Shown here one piece after another: positions 1 to 10,273 of a DNA stretch of 64,000 bases. The first letter of the stretch is position 1. Every line of letters starts with the position of its first letter. Made by a program: the position numbers and the translations under genes. The notes beneath the pieces are model-generated. The model was not told the DNA's origin and made no database searches. It saw only the letters and a list, made by a program, of their open reading frames with translations. The stretch is from an uncultured Spirochaetota bacterium (lineage in GTDB: Bacteria > Spirochaetota > Spirochaetia > SZUA-6 > Fen-1364): positions 192,001 to 256,000 of the forward strand of contig CAWAHW010000001.1 in assembly GCA_963781885.1 (NCBI GenBank). Direction: 5' to 3'.

Positions 1-714
1 GGCGGCGTGTCCTTCAGGGGAGACGCGGTCCTTTCCCACCTCGTCGACGGCAAAATCGTCATCGGCGACCTCCAGACATCGCCCTCTTCGACGGGGCTTA
101 TGCCGGACGTCATGCTTCCCTCCGCGTTCCTTAGCGGGTGGACCATCGAAGGGCCGCAGCCGACCTACCTGACGTGGACCAACTTCCGCGAGGATCCGGG
201 GACTCAGACGCTGTTCTACGACGAATATCCGGGCGACTGGAGCACGCAGACGCCCAAGCAGCATCCGGTCTCCTCCGGTTCGACCCAGTACAACCTGGCG
301 GGGGTCTTCACGGATCCCACGGACGGCAACAACAACACGGCGCTGATGGCCTTTTCCGAAAACAACACCCAGCAGGACACCATTCATTTCATCCAGGTCC
401 CGAAGAACGCCGATTTCATCAACCAGTTTCCCGGGCCTCCCATCATGGAAAACCCCGCCTACACGAGCGCGCAGTTCGTGAAGAACGGTCTTGAAAGCGA
501 TGCCTTGTGGGCCACCGCCGACAGCATCATCGGCTACGATTCAAACGACGGGGAGCTCGTCCGTTTCAGCCCGACGGACCCCAGTGTCGAGGCGAGGCTG
601 CGGGTCTCCGCGCACGTGCAGAACGGGCACCTTGCCTTCAGCTTTGCCGGCGGCTACTACTGCACGTGGGATCCTGATACAAGGGTGCTCACCCGATACG
701 AGAAGTGGTGGTAG
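1..714 (+). CDS. Hypothetical exported/lipoprotein-like protein, probably 5'-truncated by the window edge
   Basis: Open frame from the window start to TAG at 712-714; beta-rich Ser/Thr/Gly/Asp/aromatic composition; no recognised domain. Confidence 0.6.
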   Translation, partial: GGVSFRGDAVLSHLVDGKIVIGDLQTSPSSTGLMPDVMLPSAFLSGWTIEGPQPTYLTWTNFREDPGTQTLFYDEYPGDWSTQTPKQHPVSSGSTQYNLAGVFTDPTDGNNNTALMAFSENNTQQDTIHFIQVPKNADFINQFPGPPIMENPAYTSAQFVKNGLESDALWATADSIIGYDSNDGELVRFSPTDPSVEARLRVSAHVQNGHLAFSFAGGYYCTWDPDTRVLTRYEKWW

Positions 715-717
715 CCC

Positions 718-3700
718 TTATTCGACCGTGGGGAGCCAGACCCGGAACGTCGTCCCCGCGCCTGCTTCGCTTTCCACCTCGATCCTTCCCCCCGATTCGG
801 ACACCGTGCTGCGGCAGACCGAGAGGCTCAGGCCCACCCCCTTGACGCGCGCCTGCGGCGAGTCCGCGGCAGCCCACTCCCCCTTTGTTGTGAAAAATGG
901 CGTGAACAGCCGCGGGATATCCTCGCGGGGAATGCCGCAGCCGGTATCGCGCACTTCCACGAAGGCGGCGTGGGGACCCGTGCCCGTCCGGATCGAGAGC
1001 GTGCGGATTGGCCGGTCGAGCATGGCATCGAGCGAGTTGCCCAGGAGCGACGTGAGCACGAACGTGGCCCGCGACTTGTGGACGCGCACGGGCGGCGTCT
1101 CTGGCATGTCGAGAACCACCTTCACGTCCATCTCTTCAAACCTGTGCTCGAAAACGCGGAGGAGGGGCCCGACGAGCAGATTGAGCTGGCACGTCTCGCT
1201 GCCCGACTCGGAGGAAACGGTGAGCCCCTGGAGCTGCGCGGTGATGTCGACGAGCCGGTCGACGCCTTTCAGGGCTTCTTCCGCGAAAGAGCGCGCGACG
1301 GTGGAAAGCCCGGGGGCCTCCAGAAGCATGTCCAGGTAGCCCTTGACGACCGTATTGATGTTGTTGAACTGGTGGGCGATTCCGCCGGCAAGGGTGCCGA
1401 GGCTTTCCAGGCGTTGCGCCTGGATGAGCCGCGCCTGGATCGCCTTTTCATCCGTCATGTCGCGCGCAATGACGGCGACGCCGACAGTCCGTCCCGTCTG
1501 GTCGCGAATGGGCGCGAGCGCATAAGCGACCGCGATCGTCGCGCCGTTCCGCTTCCGCGCGCTCGCTTCGAAGAACTGGCCCTCCTGCCCGTCCCGCACC
1601 TTTTCCCAGAACGGCCGCGTCGTCTCAAACACCTCCCCGCTCATGAGGGCGGCAACCGGCCGGCGGAGCATCTCCTCCGCGGCATAGCCGAACACCTCCT
1701 CCGCCCCCCTGTTCCAGCTCGTGACCAGATCCTCACCGTCCACGCCGAATATCGCCTCCCGCGCCGATTCGACGAGCGTGGCAAGCCGCAGGATCCTCTC
1801 CTCCGCGCGGCGATGCTCGGTGATGTCCTTGGAAAGCCCGAAGGTGCCGATGATGTGGCCTCGTGCGTCGCGCAGGGGCATCTTCGTGGTCGATACCCAC
1901 GTCTCGTGACCGTCGGGCCACGTCTCCTTTTCCTCCAGGTCGATGATCGGCACCCCTGACTGGATGATGGCCTGCTCGGCATCCATGGCCGGCTGGGCGT
2001 GCACGGGCGTGTAGAAGTCGAAATCGGTCTTGCCGATCGCCTGGGACGGATCGCTCAGGCCGAGGGCGCCGGCCATGGACTTGTTGATGAGCACGAAACG
2101 GCTGCGCTCGTCCTTGAAGTAGATGTGGTCGGGAAGCGTGTCCATCAGGATGGCGCTCAGGGCGCGCTCGCGCTCCAGCGTGTCGATCACGCGCTGGCGC
2201 GCGCTGGAAAGCAGGGAGCTGTTGAGCAGGCCGCTCAGCTGCACGCAGAACGACTCGTAGATCGTGGGATCGCGCTGCCCCGGCTCGAAGGCGAGGTAGC
2301 CGATCTGGTCTTCGCGGAAGTACGTCGCCGTGGCAATGAGCGTGCGCCGCCGGTCGCGGGGCAGGAAGCGCGCCGGCAGGAAAGCTTCCGCGGGGGAAAA
2401 GCTCCGTTCGTCGTCCGCCACGGTCACCGGCTTCCCGTCGACCCAGGCGAGGGTCGCCTCGGCGCGATCCGGCACCACCCAGGCGTCCCCATGGAGATGG
2501 CGTTTCCACCCGGGATAGCAGACGATGAGGCAGGTCCCTATGTCGAGGAGCGGCAGCTGCACCGCCAGGTCGTTCATCAGCTCGCTCATGGAGGCGCCGG
2601 ACGCAAGACGTTCCGTGACACGACGAAGAAGCGCCAGGTGCCGCAGCAGCTCGTTGAAGCGCTTGCCCTGCTCCAGGCGCAGCGAGTCCGACAGAAGCAT
2701 GAGGGCCTTTTCGAACCAGGTCTGCAGGTTCTCCACGACTTCCCGCGACCGCGCCGCGGCGAGGAGCTCTGCCTGCAGCGCCGTGATGAGGGTCTGCCAT
2801 GCGGTGAGATCGATGCCGCCGGTCAGCTCGTCGTTCAGGATTTCCTGGAAGCCCTCCAGGAATGTCGCCGTGCCGGCATTCTCCGCCAGCCGCAGGAGCG
2901 CGCGCCCGACAGCGTCGGGTGAATGCTCGGGCAGCCGCGGCTCAAGCCCCGCAAGGCACCTCTCCACGATCTGGTCGGGGCGGAGCGGCGCGCCCGCGGC
3001 GCGCCCCGGGCGCGTCGGAAGGGCGTCAAGGGCGACGACCGCCCGCGGGAGGCAGCCGCACGACGTCCGCAGCACGAGCTCCGCCGGCAGCACCAACTCC
3101 ATGGCTGCCGGCTTCCCGTCGGCAAGCCCGGCGGCGAGCGTCGCGGCTGTCTTGCCCTGCTCGATCAGCCGCTGGCCGACGGTCGTGATGGCAGGCACGA
3201 CGAACTGCGAGTCGGGGATGTCGTCGAAACCGATGAGGGAGACGTCCCGGGGAACGGCGTATCCGCGGTCGCGGAGCTCTTCCAATGCGCCAATGGCCAT
3301 TTCGTCGTTTGCGGCGACGAGGGCCTGGAAATCTAGCTTTTTGCGGCGCTGGAAGTGTTCCGCGACGGCCCGGCGGCCGCCGGCCCGGGAGAAATCTCCG
3401 GCAAGCCACAGTGCGGGGTCCTCCTCGAGGCCCCGTTCCCGCACGACCTCGCGATAGGTCGCGAATCGCTCCTGCGCTTCCTTGTTCGCCTCGGGGCCCT
3501 TGAGGAAGGCGACCCTGCGCGGCCCGTGCGCGGCCACGAGGTGCTCCATCGCGGCGCGCATTCCGGCGCCGTTGTTCGCGAAGATGCTCGGCACCCCCTC
3601 GATCTTGACGCCAATGCTCACGCGCGGCATCCCCTCGAAGCGCGCCAAGAGGGCCAGGAGACGCTCGTAGGTGATGAAGGACCCCTGGGTCCCGGTGGCC

Positions 3701-3915
3701 ATCACCAGCGCATCGATTGCCCCCGTGGTGATGTAGTCGAAGATGACATTGCTCTGGTATTCGTGCCCGACCGGTGTGCCAAGGACCCGGCCCGAGAAAA
3801 CGATGAGGTTCGCGTCCAGGCTCTGCGCGCCGATGGAAACCCCATCAATGATCTGCCGCGCATATCCTGAAACGAGCTGGTCGATAAGAAGACCCAGGGT
3901 GATGCGCTTCCTCAT
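718..3915 (-). CDS. Soluble sensor histidine kinase: LacI-type sugar-binding (PBP) domain + 2 PAS + HisKA + HATPase
   Basis: ATG at 3915 with GAGGAG upstream. N-terminus has LacI-like motifs (AANDEMAIG, GFDDI, TTVGQ, LVLRTSCGC). Two PAS domains (IYFKD..., VTSWNRGAE), H-box GGIAHQFNN, G-boxes DTGCGI and GLSLS/GAGTTF. Confidence 0.9.
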   Translation of the reverse strand: MRKRITLGLLIDQLVSGYARQIIDGVSIGAQSLDANLIVFSGRVLGTPVGHEYQSNVIFDYITTGAIDALVMATGTQGSFITYERLLALLARFEGMPRVSIGVKIEGVPSIFANNGAGMRAAMEHLVAAHGPRRVAFLKGPEANKEAQERFATYREVVRERGLEEDPALWLAGDFSRAGGRRAVAEHFQRRKKLDFQALVAANDEMAIGALEELRDRGYAVPRDVSLIGFDDIPDSQFVVPAITTVGQRLIEQGKTAATLAAGLADGKPAAMELVLPAELVLRTSCGCLPRAVVALDALPTRPGRAAGAPLRPDQIVERCLAGLEPRLPEHSPDAVGRALLRLAENAGTATFLEGFQEILNDELTGGIDLTAWQTLITALQAELLAAARSREVVENLQTWFEKALMLLSDSLRLEQGKRFNELLRHLALLRRVTERLASGASMSELMNDLAVQLPLLDIGTCLIVCYPGWKRHLHGDAWVVPDRAEATLAWVDGKPVTVADDERSFSPAEAFLPARFLPRDRRRTLIATATYFREDQIGYLAFEPGQRDPTIYESFCVQLSGLLNSSLLSSARQRVIDTLERERALSAILMDTLPDHIYFKDERSRFVLINKSMAGALGLSDPSQAIGKTDFDFYTPVHAQPAMDAEQAIIQSGVPIIDLEEKETWPDGHETWVSTTKMPLRDARGHIIGTFGLSKDITEHRRAEERILRLATLVESAREAIFGVDGEDLVTSWNRGAEEVFGYAAEEMLRRPVAALMSGEVFETTRPFWEKVRDGQEGQFFEASARKRNGATIAVAYALAPIRDQTGRTVGVAVIARDMTDEKAIQARLIQAQRLESLGTLAGGIAHQFNNINTVVKGYLDMLLEAPGLSTVARSFAEEALKGVDRLVDITAQLQGLTVSSESGSETCQLNLLVGPLLRVFEHRFEEMDVKVVLDMPETPPVRVHKSRATFVLTSLLGNSLDAMLDRPIRTLSIRTGTGPHAAFVEVRDTGCGIPREDIPRLFTPFFTTKGEWAAADSPQARVKGVGLSLSVCRSTVSESGGRIEVESEAGAGTTFRVWLPTVE

Positions 3916-4011
3916 GCTCCTCGGCCTCTCTGCCTCGGCGCATCCACTGTAGGCGCACGCCGGCTGATCCGTCAAGCGCGGAAACAACCCCGATGAGGAC
4001 GGCTGGCGGGT

Positions 4012-5172
4012 TTACTGGAACGCCATCACGGACGCCTTGTTGCCGTTCGAAGGATCGCGGAAGGCAACATAGGGGACGTCCCCGGGACCGATGGCAATGG
4101 AGAGGTAGTCGACCGCGCCGGTTGTAAAATCAGGAGCTCCCACGACAGTCCATTGTGTGCCGTCGTATTTCATAACCGTGACGCGGTTGCTGGACGTGTT
4201 GTCCGCGAACGCGACAAAAGGGGTGCCTTGGGAATCGATGGCGATCACGGCGCCCCCGAATGTGCTTCCGGGTGAAAGGGGGCGCGAACCGACGAGCAAC
4301 CACGTCCCTGACGATTGTGAGAACTGCATGACAACAGCCCCGTACCCCACCGCGGGGTCGGAATAGACGATGAATTGCGTGCCATTCGGAGATACCGCTG
4401 AATGCAGGTTGTACACCGATGCAGGGGTGAATCCCGGCGATCCGCGCTGCACCCAGGCTCCGCTGTAGCGAAGCTCAGAAGCTTCGTTGCCTTGCGAGCC
4501 GTCTTCGAAAGCAATGGAAAGCTGGTCGTTGGAATCCACGTTCATCGTGATTTCACCGGCGCCAGAAGGAACCGAAATAGGAGCGGGATACATCGACCAT
4601 GGGCCGCCATTCGAGGTCATGACATCGAGGTTGAAGCCCGTGCCATCGTAGATACCCACATAAAGGTTGCCGGAGGAATCTATGACGATGGGTGTATTGT
4701 CGGCGCTGGGCGTCGGCGAAAAGCCCTGTCCTCCTATATAACTCCATGAACCGCTATAGCGCGCAACTGACGCTCTTCCCGCTGCCGCGCTGTCCGTGAA
4801 TGAGACATATACCTGCGTGCCGGAGGAAAACGCGAGATTGACCATGTCCACATTGCCGCTTGAGAACGGCCCCCCCACTTGTGTCCAGCTTCCCTGCAAA
4901 AAACGCCAGAGAGTGCCCGCGCCGGCATTCCAATCCTGAAACGCTACATAGGGTGTGCCCGAGGTGGGCTGAAACGCCATTGTCAGGGACCCAACCCCCC
5001 CTGGGGAAAACCCCGACTGCCCGACATATGACCAGCCGACGTGATTCGCCCATATCGATTTGTCCTGCGTCACCGTGGTCGGGCATCCCGCCATCATCGC
5101 GAGCGCCACAACCAGGACCGCTGCCCCGGTAAGACGGGCACGCCGAACGGAAATTCCAATACCCTTCTGCAT
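4012..5172 (-). CDS. Lipoprotein with repeated beta-propeller-like blades
   Basis: Hydrophobic signal ending in MMAGC lipobox; ~48-aa repeats W-x-x-[VI]G-x-x-[GD]F...PYVAF-x-D. Start at 5172 lies 7 nt below TTGAAT-N18-TAGAAT. Confidence 0.75.
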   Translation of the reverse strand: MQKGIGISVRRARLTGAAVLVVALAMMAGCPTTVTQDKSIWANHVGWSYVGQSGFSPGGVGSLTMAFQPTSGTPYVAFQDWNAGAGTLWRFLQGSWTQVGGPFSSGNVDMVNLAFSSGTQVYVSFTDSAAAGRASVARYSGSWSYIGGQGFSPTPSADNTPIVIDSSGNLYVGIYDGTGFNLDVMTSNGGPWSMYPAPISVPSGAGEITMNVDSNDQLSIAFEDGSQGNEASELRYSGAWVQRGSPGFTPASVYNLHSAVSPNGTQFIVYSDPAVGYGAVVMQFSQSSGTWLLVGSRPLSPGSTFGGAVIAIDSQGTPFVAFADNTSSNRVTVMKYDGTQWTVVGAPDFTTGAVDYLSIAIGPGDVPYVAFRDPSNGNKASVMAFQ

Positions 5173-5270
5173 GTTTACCATTCTATATATCAAGAATGCT
5201 GCCATTCAATGCCCAAAGCAAGATGAAAAACATTGACATCGAGGCCGGCATTCAACAGAATTGAGGAAAG

Positions 5271-6512
5271 GTGACGGGATCGATGAAATCCGCCGGGGTC
5301 GTCTGTGCGCTGTTCCTCCTCTTTGTCTTCTCGGCGGGTGCCCAGAATGCGGGTCCGCCGGAAGGACAAGCGGCGCGCCGGCTCCTGCTCGTCGTCACGA
5401 AGGATGCCGGCTCCACCCTCTCCACCAACGACGTGCAGCTCCTTTCCCAGTCCATCCTCATGCAGGTGCAGAAGGCCACCGATGAAGTCATCGTCGTGGA
5501 GTCCCCCGGCCCGGGGGACCTCTCCGCCGCGGGGTTGGAGGAGGCCGCGAAGGCCGCCGGCGCTGACAGCTGGCTGACCGTTGATGCCACCGGGAGCTGG
5601 ACCGCGCTGACGCTCGCCGTACGCTCCTTCGACCTCATCTCCAATGCAACGGTCATGGACGTCTCCGTGAGCAGGGCGCAATGGCAGTCGGCACTCGATC
5701 TCGCGCAGGAAGCGTGGGAGGAGATCGTGCAACCCGTCGCGGGTCACTATCACTTCGTGACTGCCGCACCCCCTCCCGCGGCCACGACGATGGCACGCCT
5801 GACCGTCAAGGCGATTCCGGGAACGACGATCGACGGCCTGGGAAAGACGGCGCTGGTTGCCGATCAAAACGGCACCGCCTCCCGTGACGTGCCGGCGCCG
5901 CACCAATACACGCTCCTCTCGAGCCTGCGCGGATACTCCTTGTCGAGCACCACGATCTTCGTCGCGGGCGACCGTGCCGTGCAGCTCGACCAGCGCCCGC
6001 TGTCGCATTGGGCCGCGGAGCTTTCCCTGCAGGACCAGGCCAACCCCGGCTTCGCACTTTCCTGGTTTCCCGTCCCGGGCATCCTGGCAATCAGACTCCA
6101 GGTCACGTCGTACCTCGTCGGCCTCTCGCTTGGCTCCGCGGATCCGTTCTCCAGCGTACCCGTGACGGACGTCCTGCTCGAGGCGGGGGTGTATGGACCT
6201 CTTGAGCCGCGCCTCATCCGCGTGTATGCGATGCTGGGCGTCTCCCTGAGGATCGACAGTCCCGCGGATTCCTCGCCCACACTCGATCCCCTGTCGCTCG
6301 TCGGGTTGAAAGACATCATGGGCGCGGAGCTCTCGCTCTCCCCGCGGACGGGCCTTTTTGCCGAGTGGGCGCCGACGCTGTACTTCACGGCCGTGCCCAC
6401 GCTGATGGAGGCCGCCCTCGGACCGGGCAACACCCCGACGGGCTGGGTCTTTACGTCGGGGGCCGCCATCAACATCCTGGAATTTCGTGTCGGCTTTCGG
6501 TGGCAGCTATGA
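5271..6512 (+). CDS. Exported protein with probable C-terminal outer-membrane beta-barrel
   Basis: Signal peptide; C-terminal alternating beta strands ending ...EFRVGFRWQL; alternative ATG at 5283. Confidence 0.65.
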   Translation: MTGSMKSAGVVCALFLLFVFSAGAQNAGPPEGQAARRLLLVVTKDAGSTLSTNDVQLLSQSILMQVQKATDEVIVVESPGPGDLSAAGLEEAAKAAGADSWLTVDATGSWTALTLAVRSFDLISNATVMDVSVSRAQWQSALDLAQEAWEEIVQPVAGHYHFVTAAPPPAATTMARLTVKAIPGTTIDGLGKTALVADQNGTASRDVPAPHQYTLLSSLRGYSLSSTTIFVAGDRAVQLDQRPLSHWAAELSLQDQANPGFALSWFPVPGILAIRLQVTSYLVGLSLGSADPFSSVPVTDVLLEAGVYGPLEPRLIRVYAMLGVSLRIDSPADSSPTLDPLSLVGLKDIMGAELSLSPRTGLFAEWAPTLYFTAVPTLMEAALGPGNTPTGWVFTSGAAINILEFRVGFRWQL

Positions 6513-7640
6513 AGAAACTGATTCTCGGCCTCGCAATGGCTGCCCTTTTGATCTCCTGCTCGCCCATTCCCTATGATGCCGGGCTTGCCCGGATCCGCGC
6601 GCGCCGTGGCGAGAATGAACCAGGACAATCCCTCCCTGGTCACCGTGGATTTCAACCACAATATGAGCTCTTCCGAGCAGATTCTTGCCTTCTATCCCCG
6701 GGTCACGGCATCGGGATTCGACTACAGCACGGGATTCGTGCTGACACAGGAAGGCATCGACATCGGGGTCCACGGGGTTGCCGCCAATGCAAGCACGGGC
6801 CTGCTCAGCGGTTTCGGGGACACTTTTCCCACCATTCCCAACCAGGACCCGCTGTACCCGTCCTGGCTTGCCTGGCCGACAAAAGACGTCCCCGGTTCCA
6901 ATGCTTGGCTCTCCCTGCTCACATTCGACTCCCTCGAGCCAGACTTGAACAACCAGGCGATGCAATTCATGGTCCAGCCGGGAAGTCCCCCGCTGTTCTC
7001 GACCGGGACTCAAAGCAAGTTGAGCACCGTGATCGCCCCCATTTTTCCCGGGTACGTCATCGGCGGATCGGTGGATGCAGATACCCTCCCGGGCAACGAC
7101 GACACGTATTGGCTTGCCCGAGATTCCGGGGGCCAGTTCGCCGAGGTCTGGAGCCCGCTCTCGTCCACGGCGCCCGCCTTTGCGCAGCTGCGCTCCTCGG
7201 GCTCGTACACGCTGAGCTTCATTCCCTCTGGAATCGCGCACGTGCAATATTTCTACGATGAGAACCAGGCGGGCGACCCTTTGCGGCAACCCAACGCGAG
7301 CTTCGCATCGTGGAACGATGGCGCGGGCTGGGTCTGCTATCGATGGACGGAAAACCCTCCGGGCTCGTTTCCCTTCGTGAAGATCCCCATCGATCACCGC
7401 GTCGACGCCCTGTTGAGCACCGGGCAGCTCTTTTCCACGGAAGGGGGCACCGGCCGACTGTATAGCCGTGACGGCGATCTTCTTGCAAGCTTTTCGCTGG
7501 GAAATCTGCGGTTCCTCTCGGAGGAGTACGTCGGCGGGCAGCCGCGGATGTACTTCTCCCAGTTCCTGTCCTTCAATCAGCAGACGGGTTTTAACGTGTA
7601 TTGGATTCCCACCGCCTCACTTGCAACGCTGGGAGACTGA
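6509..7640 (+). CDS. Hypothetical lipoprotein (1-nt frameshift near 6590)
   Basis: MKKLILGLAMAALLISC lipobox starts at an ATGA overlap with the upstream gene; the body continues in the 6573..7640 frame. Confidence 0.7.
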
Positions 7641-7657
7641 TCGGGGGAGCGGCGGCC

Positions 7658-10208
7658 CTACTTTGCCGAGATGAGCTTCTGCAGGGACTGCAGGAGACTC
7701 TTCATGCGCGCATCTTTTTCGGCTGAAATCTTCGTGCTGAGCCAGGCATTCTGCGCGTCCGCGCCCTTCTGGTTTGCAAGCCCCGTCATCAGTGTCGCAA
7801 GCTGATCCATCGCGCTGCGGCGTCCGGTGGTGATCCCGTCGGTGGAAAGCTGCGCGTCGTAGCGGTTCACGCGGCCCAGGATGCCGGAGAAGACCTTGTC
7901 CAGCGTCGAGTAGAATCCCTGGCGGCTGCCCCCCGAGGCGAAAAGCGCCTTGCCCTGGTCGTCCTTGAACTTCGCAAGGTTGTCGTCTTCCTGCTTCGCG
8001 TAGGTGATGTAGGCGGCAACAATATCGTTGAAGTCCGCAAGGTTCTTCTGGTCTTCAGCGGAGAGCCCGGTGCCGTTTGCCGCGGCCGTGGGGGTTGCCG
8101 CGCCAGTCGATGCCACCGACGCTTGCGCCGTTTTCAGCGCCTCGGCGGCGCGATCGGCGAGCTGCCTCTGCCGGTCGGCCTCCTGCCGGGCAGCGGCCAG
8201 GTCCGTCGTGAGCCGGGCATTGTCGGCGCCCAGCTTCGTGACCTGTGCCGTGAGGTCGGCGGCCTTCCTGGTGGCCGCATCGAGGTTCTTCTGCAGATCG
8301 GAGGAAGCAGCCGAGGAGGCGCTGGAGGCATTCGCAATGTCCCCGAACCTCTGGTTGAGCGCGCGCAGGAGCGTCGCGCTGTCGGCCTTTGCCCGGGTCC
8401 TGCGTGCTGCCCAGGAGCGCGATGATGCTCTTCTTGACGGCAAGGATCTCCGCGAGCCCCGCGTCGAGCTGCTTCTGCACACCCGCGAGCTGCGCCGTGA
8501 GAGCGCTCACCTGGTCGGTCTCCGCCTTGAGCGCGGCGGCCGCCCCGTCGTTCATCGCGGCCACGCTGTCGGTGATCCCCTTGACGGCGGCGAGGTTCTG
8601 CTGGCTCTGGGGATAGCCCTGGAGGATGCCGAGATACTGCTGGAGCGCGTCGGGATACTGCCCCTGCTTCTGGAGGGCCGCCGCCTGTGTGAGGAGCGGA
8701 GCCGCCGCCTGGGTCTGATCGTTCTGGCTCTTCTGCGCCGTCAGGGACGCGGTTGCGTTGCCGATGTTGGCAAGCGTCGTGGCAAGCCGCGCGGAGGTCT
8801 CGGGGAGGTAGGTGAAGGCATCCCGGTAGGCCTGGAGCGCATCGGGGAGGCGGCCGGCCGCGAATGCCGCCTCGGCGCGCGCGAGGCCGGCATGGAGGGC
8901 GTCCTGCCGCGCGGCCTCCGCGTCGCGCGCCTTGTTCGTGAAATAGGCGTAGCTCTTTGCGACCTCGGGGATTACCGCCAGCGACTGGCCGTACAACGTC
9001 TCCGCGTCGGCCACCTTGCCGGCGCGCAGCAGGGTGTCGGCATTGGCCACCCGGCTGCGGATGTCGGCAAGCTTTCCCGCGGCATCCACGAGCGAGGCGG
9101 TGTCCACCTTGCCCTTGTCGATCTCGTTCTGCACGAGCGTCGTGAGGGAATCCACAATGAAAAGGTCCACGGTGCGCCGCTTGGCGATGCCGGGAAGCGT
9201 TGCAACGTCACTGGAGTTGACATAGGTGGATATCGCCTGGAGGCTCACAAGAGCCTTGGGGTAATTCTTCGCCGCGATGTCCGCCTGCGCGACGCCGTAC
9301 AGACCGGTGATCTGCTGCGTGACGAGGTCTTCCTGCTGCTTCTGGGAAGTGAGCGCCGTGAGCTGCGCCTGCGTCTGCGCCTCTGAGCTTTGCAGCTCTT
9401 TCGTCTTCTGTGCGAGCTGGGTCTGGAGGTCCGCCTCGCGCTGCCGTGAATCCGCGAGCACCTGCTGACGGTCCGCATTCGCCTTGGCGAGGTCTGAGTT
9501 GAATTGGGCCTGCAGATTCTGCAGCGTCGCTTCCGACTTCTTTCGGTCCTCGTCGGCCTGCGCCTTGAAGGCATCGAGCTGCGTGTTGAACGCGGCGTTC
9601 TGCTGCGCCGACAAGTCGTTGAGCTTCTTCTGGATGTCCGCGTCGGAGAGGCCCTGCTTCTGGAGGCGCGCCTTCTCCGCGTCCAGCTCCGCCTGCAGGG
9701 AGGCCTTCAACTGGCTCTCCTTCTCCTGGACCTTGGCGTCCATGTTCGCCTGAAGGTCCTGTCTCTGCTTGTCGATCTGGGAGAGCTGGGTCTGGATCTG
9801 GCTGATCTGGTTGTTCTTCTCCTGGAGCTTCGCGTCGGATTCCTTCTTCACTTCCTCGATCAGCTTGCCTTCCGCGGTGATGGTGCCGGTGTCCTCGCGT
9901 GAGGCCTGGGTCTCACCCCGCTGGAAAAGGAAATAGAAGAGCGCGAGACCTGCGGCAAGGACCACGACCGCGCCGACGATGACCATGACGGGGAAGAGGA
10001 CGCCGCGCTTGGCAGCCTTGACGGCGAACATCTCGGGGCTCACCGCGATGCGGCTGCCGGTTGCCACCTTCTCGATTTCCGCCCGGATCTCCTTCTGCTC
10101 CTCCCGGGTGATGCCCGAGTCGGGATCGAAGGCGAACTCCTCCCGGTCGTCGGGGGCGAAGCCGAGGGCTTTCCTGAGCGTCAGAGCCTTTTCGAGGAGT
10201 CCCAGCAT
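7658..10208 (-). CDS. Single-TM membrane-anchored long coiled-coil/TPR-like protein (frameshift near 8393)
   Basis: TM VLFPVMVIVGAVVVLAAGLALFYFLF followed by Q/K/E/L heptads and helical repeats. 8055..10208 joins 7658..8482 (…QDP|AKADSAT…) by removing one base in a G run. Confidence 0.75.
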
Positions 10209-10273
10209 GCGCGCTTACCCCGATCCGATTCTCGACAGCGGTGCCGCCAATCTTGAATGATGGCCCCGTTCCG

